The translations under genes were made by a program, and so were the position numbers. Shown piece by piece: positions 38,620 through 53,023 of a DNA stretch of 63,062 nucleotides. Each line of letters opens with the position of its first letter. Position 1 is the first letter of the stretch. The stretch is from Basidiobolus meristosporus CBS 931.73 (taxonomy: Eukaryota; Fungi; Basidiobolomycota): NCBI GenBank assembly GCA_002104905.1, contig MCFE01000521.1, positions 1 through 63,062 of the forward strand. Direction: 5' to 3'. The notes beneath the pieces are model-generated. The model did no database searches. It was not told the DNA's origin and saw nothing but the letters and a program-made list of their open reading frames with translations.

Positions 38620-41600
38620 GAATCTTAGAATTGTCAAGAGTGTCAGAAATATTAGCAGAGAGGTTCTGGTCTAATATTGGTCTTATATATTGCTGAGTTG
38701 GGCTTTAAAGGTAACAGAGTGGATTTGCTATGCAGGCTAGGCTTGGTGTTCTTGAGAGTGCTAGATATGCTAAGCTTGGGTAGAAACTAGAATGGATTTG
38801 TTGAATTCTTAATTTTGTTGAGACACACACTAAACCAAAAGGTTCAGTAAACTTTATTTATACTTTTCTGATTGAGTTGCATTAGTAAGCATCAAAAGAC
38901 TGGACTAATTGAAATCTGTTGGGTTGTTGATAGGTGCATAAAATAAATGAAAAATTGCATCATTAATCAGCTGGTGTCTTGGCAACTGCTGAGTGGCTAG
39001 ATAAATCTCAGATGACTAATCACTTGGAAAGGCTTAGCAGATCAGTTGAGGACATAATGACCACATGAAAATTGATCAGGTGTGACAGCTAAATATAGAT
39101 TCTGAGAAGTGATAAAATAAACCATAACAGGGATTAGTTATGTTTGGGTTAGGGAAAATCAGTTAGAGTACTAGATTTTCTAACAGAGTGAAGTTGGCCA
39201 AGTTTTAAATGTTGATGCACAACATCACCTCCTCCGGGGAGAGGAACTTTCCAATACCTTCTGGGTTCCCCTGCGGCTCCAATTCTGATCAATGATGGCA
39301 ACATCATCAAAGTTGGTGTAAGGTTCCCAGGTGTTGTGTTTGGCATCATAACCTTTCCACTTGACTAAATAAAGACAATTTGGTTCTTCTCCATCATGGT
39401 CAACAATAGCTTCAACTTCATAGGATTCAGAAGTAACTGGGTCTTGAGATATCAGTTTGTGTGAAGAAGGTGAGAAGTTTTTGGGAAGTAGTGCTCCAGT
39501 ATTGTCCTGAAGTACATAAGATCCTCCAGTGGTACATCTAAAACTTTAAATGGGCCTTCATATTTGGGGTCAAGTTTAGATTGTTGGATTGGATCTAGTG
39601 TCATGACATATGACTCATCTGGAAAGCTGCTGTTCCTGTGTCTTGAGGCATATGTTGAAGTCATCTTTTGCTGTGTGGCCTTACTTCTGGCACTGATAGC
39701 AGGGTAGACAATGTTTGTAAGATACTCAAGTCAGTTCTTTAGCTGTCTGTATTCAAACTTGCTAGCTTTGCAAAGAGGTAGTGATTACCATCATCACTAG
39801 TGGTAAAGGTTCAGCTAGATCAATTGCAATATAATCCATAGGAAGGCTTGCATGGATGGGACTTAAAGAGTGAAATCCATGGTGGCTGATATTGTAAAGT
39901 TGACATTCTCTGCAAGACTTGACAAATTCTAGGCAGTCAGCTTTGATATTTGGCCAGTGATATCCATCAGAGTGTAGCTTCTTCATAAGTGTGTCAGCTC
40001 CAAAATGTCCAAGTAGATGACTCCTCTGTATCAACATTTTCCTTTCATTGGTATGTGGGATTTTCCAGGATGCTGAGTCCATTTGAAGAATTATTTTGGA
40101 AGTTGTAGTGAGCTTACTGATTATGTCAGTAATCACATGTCCCTCCCAAGGTGAAGCTGGGAAAAGTCTTGAAAGGTGGTCAGGCAGGATCCTGAGGATT
40201 ACTGGGCAATGAATAACTGTATATTAATAATCAAGTAGAGTATCAAGCAAGTTGGTAAGCATTGGAGTCAGAGTCTTTTGGGTGTGGATATAGACAAGGG
40301 CTTGGTGGTTGGTGCACAAGGTAAAAGGATTATCCCATAAGTACTGATGAAACTTCTTCAAGGCAAAGACTATGGCAAGTAGCTCCTTCTTGGTGGCAGC
40401 GTAGTTTCTCTCAGCAGGTTGTAGAGATCTGGCTTGAAAAGAGATCCAGTGAGGCGGAGTTTGGTCTTCATCCTGGTATAGGACAGCCCCTAACACAACA
40501 TTAGATGCATCCGTAGCAACAACAAAGGTCTTAGTAAAGTCTGGGTAGGATAGAGTGGGTGCCTGTGGGAGCAACTGGCAGAGTGACTCAAATGCTTGGT
40601 CATGAGCATTGTTCCAGGCTGAGGGAAGATCAGGACTATGGCGTAATGCATCCAAAGGGGCATGCAATGAGGACATGAGAGGATTGTGTTCTCTGAAATA
40701 GTTGAATACTCCAAGATAATGTTGGAGTTGCTTAGCACTAGTGGGTTTTGGCCATTCAGGAATATTGACCAATTTGAAAGGATCAAGCTGGTGGCTATCC
40801 AGTGTGACAATGAATCCCAGTAGATTGATCTTGAGGCATGCAAAGCTGCACTTTTCCGCATTAAGAATCAGTCCAGCAGCTGTCAGTCTATTGATTACAT
40901 CAGTGACATGGGCTGAATGGTCATCATGGTTTGTGGAAAATATGATGACATCATCAGCAAATACTAAGGCATATGGTGCATTCTTGAGTATTATAGTCAT
41001 GACTCTCTGGAACTTGCTGGTCAGTGTCTTTAGGCCAAAGGGAGCTCCCTGAAACATCCATTGCATATTATTCCAAGTAAAGGCAGTCTTATGCGGATGA
41101 TCAGGATGGATCTGGAATTGGTGGTATGCATCCTTCAAGTCCAATTTGGAGAATACTTTTGTGCCTGATAATGAGGAAAAGATATCTTGGATTCTTGGAA
41201 TTGGAAATTTATCATCTTGGAGAAGCTTGTTCAGAGGTCTAGGGTCCAAACAGGGTCTTTTCAGAGTTAGATTTCCATCAGCATCTTTCTTGTGTGCAAG
41301 CATCAAAGGGCTGTTGAATGTTGTGTTGACAGGAGCTTGAGTAATAATTCCATTGTCAGCCCACTCTTGGACTATTTCATCAACTAAGTGCTGACAAGAA
41401 TGTGGAATTGGGTATTGCCTTCTCCATGTTGACTCACCAGGTGGGGTTTCTAGTGTGACAATGGATTCTGGAATAGTGCAGAAACTGTTCCTGGGAATGG
41501 CTTGGTTTCTTTCTATGGCCAGCTAAATTTCCAACTTGATTGATTGAGAATATGCTTGAAAAGTTGGGGTTGACTCCTCTGCTTCCAGATGGGGAGAAGT

Positions 41601-41660
41601 GATCTCTAGAATCTGATCCATTCTGGGTGGCAGAGACTTAGTGATTCCAGGATATGAAAC
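38620..41660 (-). mobile_element. Chromovirus (Ty3/Gypsy with chromodomain): RT-RH, deleted integrase, chromodomain, PPT, LTR
   Basis: RT-RH ORF 40224-41306; integrase HHCC zinc finger 39762-40136; chromodomain YEVEAIVDH...YLVKWKGYDAKHNTWEP at about 39295-39425; purine tract 39228-39235. The distal LTR end is approximate. Confidence 0.9.
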
Positions 41661-41669
41661 TGGTAGTCT

Positions 41670-44600
41670 GCCTATGTGAAAGCCAAAACAATTTTTAGTT
41701 GATTGTTGATATGACTAAGTCCCAAGTTTGATTTTACATCAGGGCGCAACATTCCTCAGCCATTGCAGATCTCCAAAACTTTGTCTGAGGGTTATTTAGG
41801 GCCTCTTTTACAGTCTGGGGCTCATCAATATGGACTGATTAGGCAGAGGCTAAGTTTTTGTCCTCACTGATGCAGTGATATGGACTATATTTGGTCCAAT
41901 TGGATCTCCAGGCATTTGATATTGGAATGATTAATTCTGGGATGTTCCTGGGCACTGCTTCAGGCTGAACATGGTTTTGGAGTCCTCTGGAGTGGAAAAA
42001 TCTTCATTGTTTTACTCTGATTCAATCCTGTCAATTGGTGGACTTAAGATCAGATTTTTTCATCATCTGATTGTTCTAAGAGTCTTGTAGATATTGGAAG
42101 CAATTTGGAGAACAAGTAGATTATGTGGTTTTCACATAATGATTTATTGAATGTAAAAGTAGTATTTATACTTTTACCTGGTCTTGGCATTACAAACATG
42201 TAGAATAGGTTAAGGAAGGTCCCAAGAACATGTGTGCAAAGTTTGGGGCTGTTTGGACAACTTTGAGAATTTTCATGTTCTGGGTACCCGGTATTTTGGT
42301 GAAAATATCCTAAGTAAGTCCCAACAAGGAATTTGATCAGTATACTCTAGGATTTGAGGGTAATGATCTAAGTGACTAAGTTAGGTGAATATTTAGGTGG
42401 AATTACAAATTCTTACAACACTGATGTCATTTTATGTGAAAATTTTGAGTTTTCATCAAACAGCACATCCCTGGACTTGATAAGCTTCTTTGCTTTGGTA
42501 TTGTAGAGTCTGTATGCTTTACTTTCATTGTAGTAGCCCAAAAATATGCATTTTGCACTTTTTGGCTCAAACATTTACTGATTTCCAGGCAGTTTCTTGG
42601 CATATGCTGTACACCCAAGTATTCTTAGATGTTCTGCACTTGGTCTGTATCCATACCATGCTTCCAATGGAGTAGAATCACAAAGTATTCTGCTAAAACT
42701 CCTATTTTTGAGGTTTACCACTGTGGCAACTGATTCTGCTCAAAAAATCACAGGATAATTTCTGATCATGGATCATAGATCTTGCCATATCAATTGTTGA
42801 TCTGTTTGCATGTTCTGCTACTTCATTTTGCTGTGGGGAGTATGGTACAGTAGTCTCTTGCTATATCCCATTAATTTTGCAGGAGTGGATGAAGAGTTTT
42901 GAGATATATTCTCCACCATTGTCAGAGCGTATTTTCTTGATTTTTCCACCAGTTTCTCTCTCCACCATGGCTTTAAACTCCCTGAACTTAGACAGAGCTT
43001 CTTCCATTCTCTCCATGAAGCAGACCCATTTGTATCTTGTATAGTCATAAATAAAAGTGATTAAATACTTCATCCCACCTGAGGATAAATTCTGCATATG
43101 TCCACACAGATCTAAGTGAATAGATCTAATTTTTTCTTAGTGTTGATCAGCCCAGAGCACTTGAACAGTGTCTGGCTTGTTTCCCATATATGCAGGCTTT
43201 GCTGTGCTCCAAATTAGCTGTGGGATCAATTTTTACTCCGGAAATTGGCTGATCTTTGATCATTTTGTGCAAATAATCACAATTGATGGGCCCATATCTT
43301 CTGTGCCAAAGCATTGGTGTTTCTTCCATTGAGTTACTTATATTGACACCCAAATATGCTGGTATACAAGTCAACTTGTATAGATTCTGATATCTGATAC
43401 CTAAGGCAATACAGGCACCATTTTGATCAGAGATCTTGATTCCAGAATTGTCAAATCTGAAACTGAGTCCTTCTGCAGTGGCCTTGCTTAGAGATAGTAG
43501 GTGCTTGGCTATTTCCGGTACATAGATTACTTCTTTGATGGTCAGTGTATGGCTTCCTTCACTGCTTCTAAGGCTTATTCAGACAGTTCCTTCTCCCACT
43601 GCATCAAGTGTTCTAATTCACCCATGAAAACCTTCTTGATTGGAATTTCTTGATATTGGGTAAAAAGTTCTTTTTGGTGTGTTAAGTGTTAAGATGCTCC
43701 AGAGTCAATGTACTACATCTGAGAATCCTTGCTTGTGGTCATATTTAGTGCAGATATGCATAGTCTATCTTCAGTTGTTGCAGTACTCCAATATTCAAGC
43801 TTCTTTTGCTGATTATCTCTCTTTTTGAGACACCAGTCTGATGTGTGTCCTTTCCTTTTGCAGTAGTTGCAAACAGGTTGCTATTGCCTTTGTAAGGTCT
43901 TGGGTACCTCCTTTGTTGGTTATCATTACTTATTAAGGTATTTTCTTCTTCCTTCTTATTGGTGCTTGATTTTCCTAATTCTTCATCCAGGAGCCTCCCA
44001 TATACATAATTCAAGGTCATGTCTTCAGCTCTGGACTCTTGGGCTGATAAAAGGCCCTGAAACTTGTCTGTCAGGCTATTCAGGATGGTTACTATCACAT
44101 TCTCATCAGTAGCAGATATATCCACTCATTACTTCTCATCTACCTACAGGGTAATTCTGTTGACTAAATTCATTTCTACTCCTGGGAGCATCTTTGTATA
44201 CAAGGGCTTTGGCCTAAGATACATATCCATAGCCACTAAACATAACTGGTGCATGACTTAAAATACCTTTCAGGCCTTCTTTGCTGTTGTGTTATTGTCC
44301 ACTGAAGTGTCAATTTTTATTTAAAATTAAGGTAATTGCAATTAACAGTAATTTGTTCATTTTTCTGCTACTTCATCGCATCTTCTCCAATGATATCAGG
44401 CAGACTTTCTTCAACAATAATAATATCAGAGGCCTATTTCCTGTTGTAGTATCTTCATATACACCTTCCAGACCCAGTAGCTATATCCATACTGATTTTC
44501 AGCATATAGAAAAAAATCTAGTGTTAGCAGTAGTGGATAATGCAAAGAGTTACAGCTTGATGCTTATATCCTGTTATAGAAATTCTGGAGATATTGGATG

Positions 44601-46367
44601 GGATTGGGAGAACAGGTGGATTACAAGGCTTTGACTTAACAGTTGATTGAATGCAAAAGTACTATTTGTACTTTTACATGGTGTTGGCAAAGCAAACAGA
44701 TTAAGTATGCTCAGGAAGGTCCCAAGAGCATGTGTGCAATGTTTGGGGCTATTTGGATAACTTTCAAAATTTGCATGCTGTTGGATCCTTATGTCTGGTG
44801 AAAATATTTCAAGTGGATTCTAACAAGGAATTTGGACAGAATTCTCTAAGTTTTGTAGGTAATGATTCATGTTACTAAGTTAGATGAATGTTTAGGTGCA
44901 ATCACCAGCTTTACAACACTGACAGCATTTACACCTCTGAGTCATGGGATTTAAATGCTATGATGGCAATTTGACAGGTTCAACATTAACATTTTGTGTA
45001 GGGTTGGACAGGGAATTATGCAAGTAAAATTTTGAAGCATGGAAGGAAGCCACATACCTACCTTCACACAAGTACTCTATGCACCAGAAATAGCTAAGAG
45101 CTGACTATCTGTATGCAAGGCTGTAGCAGAAGGGCCTGGTTTGAGTTTTGACAACTCTGGATACAAAATCACTTATCAAAATGGTGCTCCTATTGCTGTA
45201 GGTATCAGAGACTGGAATATATACAAGTTAACTTGTATTCCACTATATCTGAGTTCCAATATAAGTAACTTAATTTAGGAAACACCAATACATTGGTGCA
45301 GGAGATTTAGACACATCAATTTTGATTATTTGAGCAACATGATGAAAATCAGCAAATTTCTGGAGAAAAATGATCCCCAGCTAGGTTGGAGCACTGTGGA
45401 GCCTGCATAAATCCCAAACAAGTCAGACAACCAAGCAAGAGCTCAGGGGTAGTCAAAACTAAGAAAAATATATTTCTAACTAGCTCAGATCTATATGGAC
45501 ACAAGCAGGATTTATCCTAAGAACTCAGAAAAGGACCTTTTAGGATACTCTGATGCTGACTAGGAGTGAAGTAAAGAGGACAGAAAATCCAACACTGGAC
45601 TCACCTTTCTTTACTATACAGGAGCAATTTTGGGGAATTCAAGAATGCAACCAAGTGTGGCACTTTTCCCAACAGAGGCAGTGTATATGGCAGCCTGTGA
45701 GACTACAAAAGAAGCAATATGGCAAAGAAAGCTTTTTGAAGACTTAGGCTTATATCACCAAGCCCCCACCCCATTATGTCAAGATAATCATGGATGTGAC
45801 CAAACTGGCAGATATCCAACTTTTCATGCATCATTAGGCTCATAGATACAAGACATCATATCATACACAAAGCTATAGAGAATAACTTGGTAAACCTAGT
45901 GTACTGCCCTACAGATGTAATGGTTGCAGACATATTTGCCAAACAATTGGCTACAGACAAGTTTGAGTATCTCTAATCACAATTTGGACTTGTTAACATG
46001 ATTATTTAGTTGAGTGGGAGTGTTGTAAGAATCTGTGATGCACCTAAATATTCACCTAACTTTGTGACTTGGATCATTACCTAAAAATCTTAGAGAATTC
46101 TGACCAGATTCCTTGTTGGGAGTTAGTTGGAATAATCTCACCAAAACATCAGGTACCCAGAACACAATATATCTCAAGGTTGTCCAAACAATCCTGAACT
46201 TTGCAAACATGCTCTTGGGACCTTTCTGAAGATATTCCACAGGTTTATTTTGCCAAAGCCATGTCAAAGTACAAATACTACTTTGACATTCAAAAGATCA
46301 TCAAGTGAAAACCACATGATCCACTTGGTCTTGCAATCACTTCCAGTATCTCCAAAACTCCTACAAA
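41670..46367. mobile_element. Cluster of Copia A fragments and LTRs (minus strand 41.7-44.9 kb; plus-strand RH, PPT and 3' LTR 46021-46367)
   Basis: IRSDNGGEY, LWHRR, gag homology, PPT GAGTGGGAG followed by TGTTGTAAG. Confidence 0.82.
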
Positions 46368-46775
46368 AGGCCAGAGGCATGGAAAAAGGAGACCAGACAA
46401 GAGACCCAGGTTGCATGGTGAATTTTGATAGAGTTACCAATTATGCGTGAGGTTGGAACAGGTGCAAGCGTGCGGTACATAAATATACACACCAGTCAGT
46501 ACAAATAAGCAGACTTCGAGGTTTCAGGCGAAATTAGCCAAATTGGTATGCCCCGAAAATCAGTCAACAATCGATTGGGAACTGGTCAAGCCCCCAAATC
46601 AGGATCTAATCCACCAAGTGAACAAGAACAGACAAACCCTAGGTCAGAATTGAAATATTCACATCAAACAACCTAAAATCCGGACCAAGTTAAGATTGGG
46701 CTGGCGGGAATCCCAGGGAAGTGGTTTGGAGGTTCGAGGAACTACCAATCATCCATCCCCTCCGCTTGATCTCCA

Positions 46776-47400
46776 TCAAATCGACAAAAGTATCACAACA
46801 CACACCCATCTCCAAATATGGACTCGCCCTGCGGTAAGCGCAGGCACTCAAGCGACTTCACGACTGCTCATTCTTCTGGTCCTCGAAGACATCGTGCTGG
46901 ACTCTCGAGCCTCACGTAAAGTCAAGGTTCGCGAGCGAAGTTCTCCTAGTGCTCGCCCGGTTAACCTCACTGTTAGCGTCCCATCGAAACGCCACTCTCC
47001 CTCAGCTGCAACCGGAAACCACACGACGAACGTATGAAACCCCGGGTTTTCTGTGCACAGGGCCGAATTGTCCGAGTGAACGTGGGCTCGTAGTGGCGGG
47101 TTTGTTGAAGAAGAGATCCCAAGTGAACCCAAGGATCGGGGGAGTATTTTGCTGCAGGTGACAGAGCCCAACCTCACCCAGTTCAGCAAACCAACGCACT
47201 CACGACCACCGAACCGAAGCGCAACCCAGGGGCCACGAGCAACCAACCACAAGCCAACCCTACCTAGGCCAAAGAGAGGGGATGGAAAAGGGTGGAAATC
47301 GAAAGAAGGAATGGGCACACGACCACGACCACGACCACGGGCGTCGATCAAGACGAGGGGGGGGGGATTTTTGCTGGAGAATTTTTTTTCGCCCATCGGG
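46776..47400 (-). other. Candidate unannotated spliced transcript (lncRNA or small protein) divergent from CCT8
   Basis: Three intron-like segments with donor, branch and acceptor signals (46829-46915, 46970-47031, 47152-47203 or -47263). CpG-rich, with a 3'UTR-like AT-richer sequence toward 46450. Confidence 0.35.
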
Positions 47401-47582
47401 AATCGGTTGGTCGAGAGTGGGTCGGGGAGGCCCCTTTTTTCCATCGGACCCCCCGAGATGCGTGCCCTTGGGTCCCACTTTTCCGTCACCAAACAAACAC
47501 CCACCTCACACTTCGAAAGTTTCTCTTCGTTAGCGTTCCCTCCCCCCACCCACTCTCCCGTAGGAACCGACTATTCTTTAAC

Positions 47583-49617
47583 ATGGCCTTAAGATTACCC
47601 AAACCCATGATGCCACAGCTCTTCAAAGATGGCTACAAAGTACTGTATATCTGGTTCCACTTGGGATTCGCCCCACTAACCTTCGGTTGTTGTTGTTGCT
47701 CGTTAGCATCTTCAAGGCGTGGACGAAGCCGTCCTTCGTAACATCACCGCCGCCTCCGAGCTCTCCGAGATCACCCGCACCTCTTTGGGTCCCAACGGTT
47801 CGTGCGTTTCCCCCCCCCCGATCGGTCACCTCCCGGTCCCACTCACCCGGTTTTTTTTTCTTCAGGTCGCAACAAGATGGTGGTCAACCACCTCGAGAAG
47901 CTATTCGTGACCAACGATGCGGCCACCATCATCCGCGAGCTTGAAGTGGTCCACCCCGCTGCCAAGCTCCTCGTCATGTCCAGCCAGCAGCAAGAGCAAG
48001 AGGTATTCTCCCTCTCCTTGTCCTCGTCCTCAACCCTATCCCTATACGTACCCCTCCTGTTCCCCCCCCACCCCGCCGCTACCTTTTAGTTCCTCGCTCA
48101 CCCACCTTCGTCTCTCTAGTTGGGCGATGGCACCAACCTGGTGGTCATCTTCGCCGGAGAATTGTTGAAGAAGGCGGAGTACCTGTTGCGCATGGGACTT
48201 CACCCCAGCGAGATCGTTCAAGGCTACGAGATGGCCAGCAAGAAGGCCTTGGAATACCTGGACGGTGAGTGGTTTCTCTCTCGGTAATCTTTCCCCCCCC
48301 CACCCCATCCCCTAACTCACCAACCAATCGTCCCTACAGAGCTCTCCGTGTACGAGATCAAGGACCTGAAGAACAAGGAGGAACTCGTCAAGGCCGTGCA
48401 CACCAGCATCGCGGCCAAGCAGTACGGCTACGAGGATCTGCTCAGCGAGTTGGTGGCCGAGGCCGCCCTCACCATCATGCCCAACAACCTCACCCACTTC
48501 AACGTGGACAACGTTCGAGTGGTCAAGATCATGGGTGGCAGCATCTATGACTCCCGTGTGGTCAAGGGGATGGTCTTCGGCAGAGAGTCCGAGGGCAACA
48601 TCCAGAAGGCCCAGAAGGCGAAGGTCGCGGTGTTCTCCTGCCCCATCGACGTCGCCCGCACCGAGACCAAGGGCACGGTGCTCATCAAGAACGCCGACGA
48701 CATGCTCAACTTCTCCAAGGGAGAGGAGGCCGCCCTCGACAAGCAGATCAAGGAGATCGCCGACGCCGGGGTCAAGGTGATCGTCACCGGAGGGACATTC
48801 GGCGACCTCGCCCTTCACTTCATCAACCGCTACGAGATGATGGCGGTCAAGGTCCCATCGAAGTTCGACCTCCGTCGTCTCTGCCGCGTCACCGGGGCCA
48901 GTGCCATGACCCGTCTCGGTGCCCCCATGGCCGAGGAGATGGGCTACTGCGACATCGTGGAGACGGTCGAGATCGGCAGTGACCGCGTGGTCGTGTTCAG
49001 ACAGGACGAGGAGAAGACCAAGACCGTCACCATCGTGATCCGCGGGGCCACCCAGAACCAGATGGACGACATCGAGCGGGCCATCGACGACGGGGTGAAC
49101 ATCATCAAGGCCGCCACCAAGGACGGTCGCATGGTTCCCGGCGCGGGTGCCGCCGAGATGGAGCTGATCAAGAAGTTGATGGCGTTCGGAGAGAAGACCC
49201 CTGGACTCAACCAGCACGCCATCAAGAAGTACGCCGAGGCTTTGGAGGTCGTCCCTAGAACCCTTGCTGAGAACGCCGGTATGGATGTAAGTATTCCACC
49301 CTATCCCGATCCAACCCCCCCCCTCCTGACCCTTGCTAACCTGGGCATTTTGCTAGGCCACCAACGTGTTGTCCAAACTCTACTCCGCTCATCACAACGA
49401 GAAGACGGCCGCCGGAGTCAACGTCGACGAGGAGCAGAGCCCCATCCTCGATGCGGTCGAAGCCGGGATCCTCGATTCCCTCCCCGTCAAGCACTGGGCC
49501 CTCCGCCTCGGCACCTCCGCCGCTCTTACCGTGTTGAACGTTGACCAGATCATCATGAGCAAGCCCGCCGGTGGACCCAAGCCACCCGCCCAAAAGGCCA
49601 ACTGGGACGAGGATTAA
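47583..49617 (+). CDS. CCT8: T-complex protein 1 subunit theta (chaperonin CCT8), 6 exons
   Basis: MALRLPKPMMPQLFKDGYK/HLQGVDEAVLRNI, RTSLGPNGRNK, TNDAATI, GDGTN, DDIERAIDDG, VPGAGA, C-terminal DQIIMSKPAGGPKPP..WDED. Five short GT-AG introns restore the frame. Confidence 0.97.
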
Positions 49618-49884
49618 GGTGGCTGCCCGGGGGGAGGGGGCTCCACCTTTCTCACATCACCGTCTCCTCCAGCCCCATCTACCACATCCTCCAACCCCGC
49701 CCCTACTCCCTCTCCCTCTCCCTCTCCCTCTGCCTTCCATGTAAACGAGCGCAAACCTATCTCGCCAGTCGGTTGATGTATATCATATGCTTTCCCAATT
49801 GCTTGACTGTCCTCATCTGTTTAATTAGAGTAATTCATTAAAAAACATGGAACTCCAATGCGGGTTGTCCCGTGAATCGAACGA

Positions 49885-51432
49885 TCAGTGAGCCCGGCGG
49901 GTGACCAGCCGGATCAGTTGGTAGGTGACCCCGGTGGTGGCCCAGATCCCACCCACCAGACCGCACAGCCTCACCAGGAAGGTTGGGAAGGGGGGTCTGG
50001 TTTCGGAGACCCGGACCGAGATGGGCTCCAGATCGTATTTGAAGAAGATCCCTGGGTGGTGGGGTTACTACAAGGTCGGTCATGGGGGATCGGTGGGTGT
50101 ACTCACCTGGGACCTGGGTTTGCTGCATCCCTGGCTCCAGACTCTTGCTCGAATCGGTCACGGCGTACTGGTTGGTGAGCAGGACGTTGTCGGCGCTGTC
50201 TGTAGTCATGGATCAGTGGGTGTAGCGACGACGGGACTTGGCGAGGCGTGGATGCGGATGCGGATGTGGATGTGGATGTGGATGTGGATGTGGATGTGGA
50301 TGTGGATGTGGGGCTTACCTAGATAGATGGTGGGTACGATCGAGATGAAATACTGGAACAGGTCAAAGTCTACGGAGGCCGGGGGTTAGTGACGCGGCGA
50401 GTGGATGCTGGCCCGACCAACACTTACTGGATTCGGCCCGTTCGTACACGTTGTTGAGAGGGTTGACCAGGTGCGGGTAGTTGTGTCCGAACGAGAGGTG
50501 ACGGATGTAGTGGGTGAAGTTCAGCGCTGCATGAAGGGGATTAGCTCTGACCGGGCGAATATCCCGCATACCCTAACCTTCATGATCAACATGAGATCCA
50601 CCGTAGCCATGGCCAAAGGCGGTGATGTGTAGGTTTCCGGCTACCTACGGGGTGGACGGTCGTGAGGAGGGAGGGGGCATGGATGAGCAACTGGGCCGAC
50701 CTACTTTGTTCACCTTCATCGAGCCTGACACCCGACAGGCGTTGTACTCCTCCGCATCTACAAAATGTCCCGATCAATCCCATGCCTCTCCACCGCTTTG
50801 CCGCTACTCAAATACCAACCAAGTGCATCCGAGCGCTTCTCGCTCTTGCGGGCATCCCGTATGATCTGCTCCACATCGATGTCTTCCTCGGGCTCCTTCT
50901 GATTCACCGGTCGACTGCGGGGGTTTCCCTGGGTTAGCCCACGCGCCACGTCAAGGTCAAAGCCAACTTACCTTTCGAGGGGGGCGAATGTGTAGTACAC
51001 CTAGATGACCAACAACCATTGGTAAGCGCTCACAGGGGCCGGAGTTAACATCCACCTACCGGTACGACATTGAGCGAGTGCTTGACACGGGAAGAGGCCC
51101 CCGCGGCATCCAGCACGTCCACCGTCAGGTCTAAGGGACTGTTAATGCATGGGGAGGCGGAATATACCATATCGCCACCTACTCTCACAATCCATCGCCA
51201 GGTAGACGTCCAAGTTGACTTGCATGGTGTGCTCGATGTTCGGATCGACCAGGAACTCGAACTCCTGCTTGGTGGTGAGGTACTCTCGCACCTCGCTCTG
51301 TATCAGATAGAACAGGACCAGGGAGATGAGGAAGCTGACGAGGCCACCGCTCTTCGACCGTCTCTGATACCCCTCGTCGACCTTGGGGAAGGCGTCGAGA
51401 TTGGCGAGTTTCTTCTGCAGTCTTGAAAACAT
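49885..51432 (-). CDS. ER-Golgi vesicle protein of the Erv41/Erv46 (ERGIC2/3) family, multi-exon, Erv41-like
   Basis: LDAFPKV N-terminus plus TM, ACRVSGSMKVNKVAGNLHIT, NFTHYIRHLSFG, FQYFISIVPT, NQYAVT, PGIFFKYDLEPI, FLVRLCGLVGG plus TM. Confidence 0.92.
50248..50310. repeat. (GTGGAT)n microsatellite, about 10 units, in an intron of the Erv41-like gene
   Basis: Seen directly; two units read GCGGAT. Confidence 0.95.
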
Positions 51433-51704
51433 CGGCTGTCACTGGTAAACGGCGTTTAGCTGACGACCAGGAATGATCCCCCCCCCCTCACTATGCCCAG
51501 GCTCTTAAGTGGGAGCCCATCCATTGTTCAAAAATCACGAGCTCCCATTGGCTCAATGGTTGAGAGGAGTTTATTTGCATCGATGATTCACTGGCCTATC
51601 TACTTTTGGTCATATAAATGGGTGCAGAACACTAATGCTCAATCGGTTTACATTATAGAAAGGGGAAAGAAATATATGGTTACATGGCGACAATGGTGGC
51701 CAGC

Positions 51705-52662
<958 letters not shown>

Positions 52663-53023
52663 ATTCGGCAGCTGGTGCTATTAACTAGGAAAAGGAGAAA
52701 AGCTGACAACGAGGGATATCGGCGTGGAGTCCGCTTGGCCCAATATTCGCACATGATTGCGATGGTCTTCATCATCGTGGTACAACCAATCATTTCAATG
52801 TGGCCTCTACGAATCCCTGATGGGGCCATCACTTTTCTGTTGTCCTCAAAGTTTATTTCTGGCATTTAGGTTTATGCATCTGCTGGGAGCCTACCATTGG
52901 CTCTACTCAGCTATTGGCTGTCGGTCAACATGGTTTGTTTAAACCCGCAACTAAGTACCTGCTTACAAGGCGCTTAGCTGCGCGACCCTTGGACCCCTCT
53001 ACGCTTGCTTAGTGCTGCCCACC
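52663..53023. promoter_or_regulatory. Putative bidirectional promoter (Rab11 / DnaJ gene)
   Basis: About 360 bp between divergent start codons. Inferred from position only. Confidence 0.55.

Noticed and set aside
46900-47050. Partial resemblance to a TPP riboswitch, U4 snRNA or RNase P/MRP motifs
   Set aside because: Missing UGAGAA/P5, the K-turn GA pair and U6-pairing region, and P4 partner strands, respectively.
46848-47549. 233-aa unspliced minus-strand ORF upstream of CCT8
   Set aside because: Low-complexity, runs through promoter-like homopolymers and apparent introns, and lacks the local codon bias.
48082-48119. Second AG 30 nt upstream of the CCT8 intron 3 acceptor that would insert an in-frame TAG
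   Set aside because: No convincing branch point upstream of it; cannot be supported without RNA data.
48312-49217. 301-aa antisense ORF in CCT8, and similar antisense ORFs in the DnaJ and Erv41-like genes
   Set aside because: High GC3 suppresses antisense stops; no domain evidence.
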